Shown: positions 62,070 through 64,000 of the stretch, one piece after another | Numbering within the stretch: position 1 is the stretch's first letter | Layout of the letters: the number at the start of each line of letters is the position of its first letter | The notes under the pieces: model-generated | What the model was told of the DNA's origin: nothing | The model's input: only the letters and a program-made list of their open reading frames with translations | Databases searched by the model: none | Source of the DNA: Saccostrea echinata | Lineage: Eukaryota | Reading direction: 5' to 3' | NCBI RefSeq assembly: GCF_033153115.1 | Contig: NW_026889765.1 | Span: forward strand, 29,388,001 to 29,452,000 | DNA: 64,000 bases | Program-made: the position numbers and the translations under genes

Positions 62070-63337
62070 ATGCTCCATATGCCGCTAATTGAAGGTGATT
62101 ATGAAAGAGATGATTCTATGTCTAAGACTTTAACGGAAATGAAGGACGGTGTTGGTGGTGTTTTGGGAGACTCGTATTTTGTAGACCAGTCCTCGGACCA
62201 GCCTTCTAAAAGATCCTCTGGTGAAACGTCAATATGTCACGTATGGAAAGAACTACTGGACAACACGTCAATGCACGGCGTCAGCCGGATATTCCGCCGG
62301 AAGACCATTTTTCATGGGTAAGATATTTTTCTCGTACTTTTTTATTCTAACGTAAAAGCATACACAAAGAATGTATTTTCCACTTTTAACTGGCGTTGAA
62401 CAATTTTAAACTACTCTCTGTCAATCGATTTTAACCCATTTGCTAAATCTTTAGAACTATCAGGATAGGGAATGTAAAGAGCGTAGTGTTTTTTCATCCT
62501 AGGACTTTTGTTATCCTAGGACTTTTGTTGTCCTGTTTACGGTGTTGTGTATACTGCTTTGATCGCCATATATCACCTATCATAATTGTAATTTGTTTTA
62601 GAATCTCTTGGACTATTATGATGGTGGGTTTATCTTAGAATTTTTGGACTGTTTTGATGGTGTTTTTTTTCCATTACTTTTTGGAAATTATATTTTTTTT
62701 CTTCAGAATATTTTGGACTTTTATGGTGGTGGGATTTTTTCCCCCAGAATTTTTTGGACTGTTATGACGGTGTTTTTTTTTCAGAATTTTTTGGACTGCT
62801 ATGATGGTGTTCATGCTTGTTTGCCTTACATTGGTCCTCGTTGCTTTTTCCACGTCGTATTTTTCCTACGAAACACTGATCAACTTCAAGGTGGAAATGG
62901 CCACTGATATGGAATTTCCTACCATAACCATCTGCAATGTAAGTCCGATAAACATTTCAAAAATTCAAAACGCCAGTGTCATATACGAATACCAATTAGC
63001 TAAAGAGGGGTATGGCGAGAGTTTTGGAAAGGAAATTAATATTTCCGATCCAAAGTACGCCATTTTACATGAGCCTAGAAACGACTCCTGGTTGATGGAC
63101 ACAAGCTTCGATCTTAGATCTATGATATTCAGTTGCAAGTTTGCAGGAAAAGAGAACTGTTATCAGTTTATAGAAAAAAGAAAAACGGACGTTGGTATGT
63201 GCTTTTCGTTCAATGGCCCGTCACAGAATCCTCCCGCTGTAAGCAGAATAACCGGAAGTAAAAAAGGACTGTCGATGTTTGTAAACTTGGACCAGGATAA
63301 TTATGTCGTTGGAAATAACAAGGGCGCTGGATTACAG
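62070..63337 (+). CDS. DEG/ENaC channel subunit, paralog B (exons 1-2; continues beyond the window)
   Basis: join(62070..62317,62785..63337). Near-identical to paralog A exons 1-2 (TSMHG, FPTITICN, GMCFSFN) with the same intron phases. Confidence 0.88.
62595..62808 (+). repeat. Tandem copies of the exon 2 acceptor junction in channel paralog B
   Basis: AG acceptors ending at 62601, 62638, 62706, 62747 and 62784, each followed by aat(t/c/a)..tggact.ttatga/gtggtg. Only the 62784 site gives an open frame among those checked. Confidence 0.75.
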
Positions 63338-64000
63338 GTAAATATTAAAACTTGAAACATTTATTTTTTTTAATCATTCTTAGAATGATATCATGTTGCG
63401 TTATGGTACTCCAGATTAACAAACTAAGCTAAACATATTTAATCGTTGTTACTTCGTTTCGTTTATAACAATTGTAAACTATTGTTTTTTTGAAACGTAA
63501 ACTATAATGCATAATTTATTAATTAAGTATAGTTTTTATCTATAAAATATAGATATAGTTTATGAATGATAAACAAATGAAATCTACCTGTGAATAATGT
63601 TCAAGATTATTGTTATCTACAGCATCATTGGTAAATGATGAATATCATTCGTTAATATAATTAAGTAATGTTTATATTCACCAATAAGATATGATTCACT
63701 TATTTTTAGCTATATATAGCAAATTTAAACTACAACCATTGGACATAATTATTTGCCACTTCAAAATGGCCGCCGTACTTTTTTACATCGCGCACCTTGA
63801 TATTTAGGATCTGTTAAACAATTAATAAATGCCTATATTTTTTACCTCAATACTTTGTTATATTGCCTTTTATCTTTAATACTTCATTTAGTCTGCCAGG
63901 AAATGTCTTATACAGGTCCTCAATGTAGGAGGTTGGTACATTTTCCAAGCAAGTCCGAATTTCCGCCATAAACTGATCTTTTGTTAATGAATTTGGCACG

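Overview
AT-rich eukaryotic genomic DNA with spliceosomal GT-AG introns. The repeat families (Helentron/HINE-like elements with ~166-bp satellite cores, Penelope-like fragments, a Deu/Nin-like SINE) point to a bivalve, most likely an oyster (inference). Multi-exon genes that can be rebuilt by hand: a FAHD2-like fumarylacetoacetate hydrolase (+, 6419-15103), a type II membrane DUF1647-like protein (-, 16036-20411), three tandem ankyrin-repeat/SOCS-box genes (+, 21139-31794), SDHD (+, 34352-37637), and two tandem DEG/ENaC channel paralogs (+, 44123-52209 and 62070 to beyond the window). The most notable feature is a 5'-truncated Tx1/L1-clade LINE (-, 52908-57760) bounded by an exact 16-bp target-site duplication and a poly(A) tail. 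Its ORF1 position carries the C-terminal part of a NADAR (YbiA-like) hydrolase domain, so the retrotransposon appears to carry a candidate ADP-ribose-removing enzyme. A second recurring pattern is minisatellite arrays built from copies of exon-intron junctions (decoy splice sites) in two unrelated gene types. Several MITEs have clear TSDs, and two have empty sites visible in the paralogous segment.
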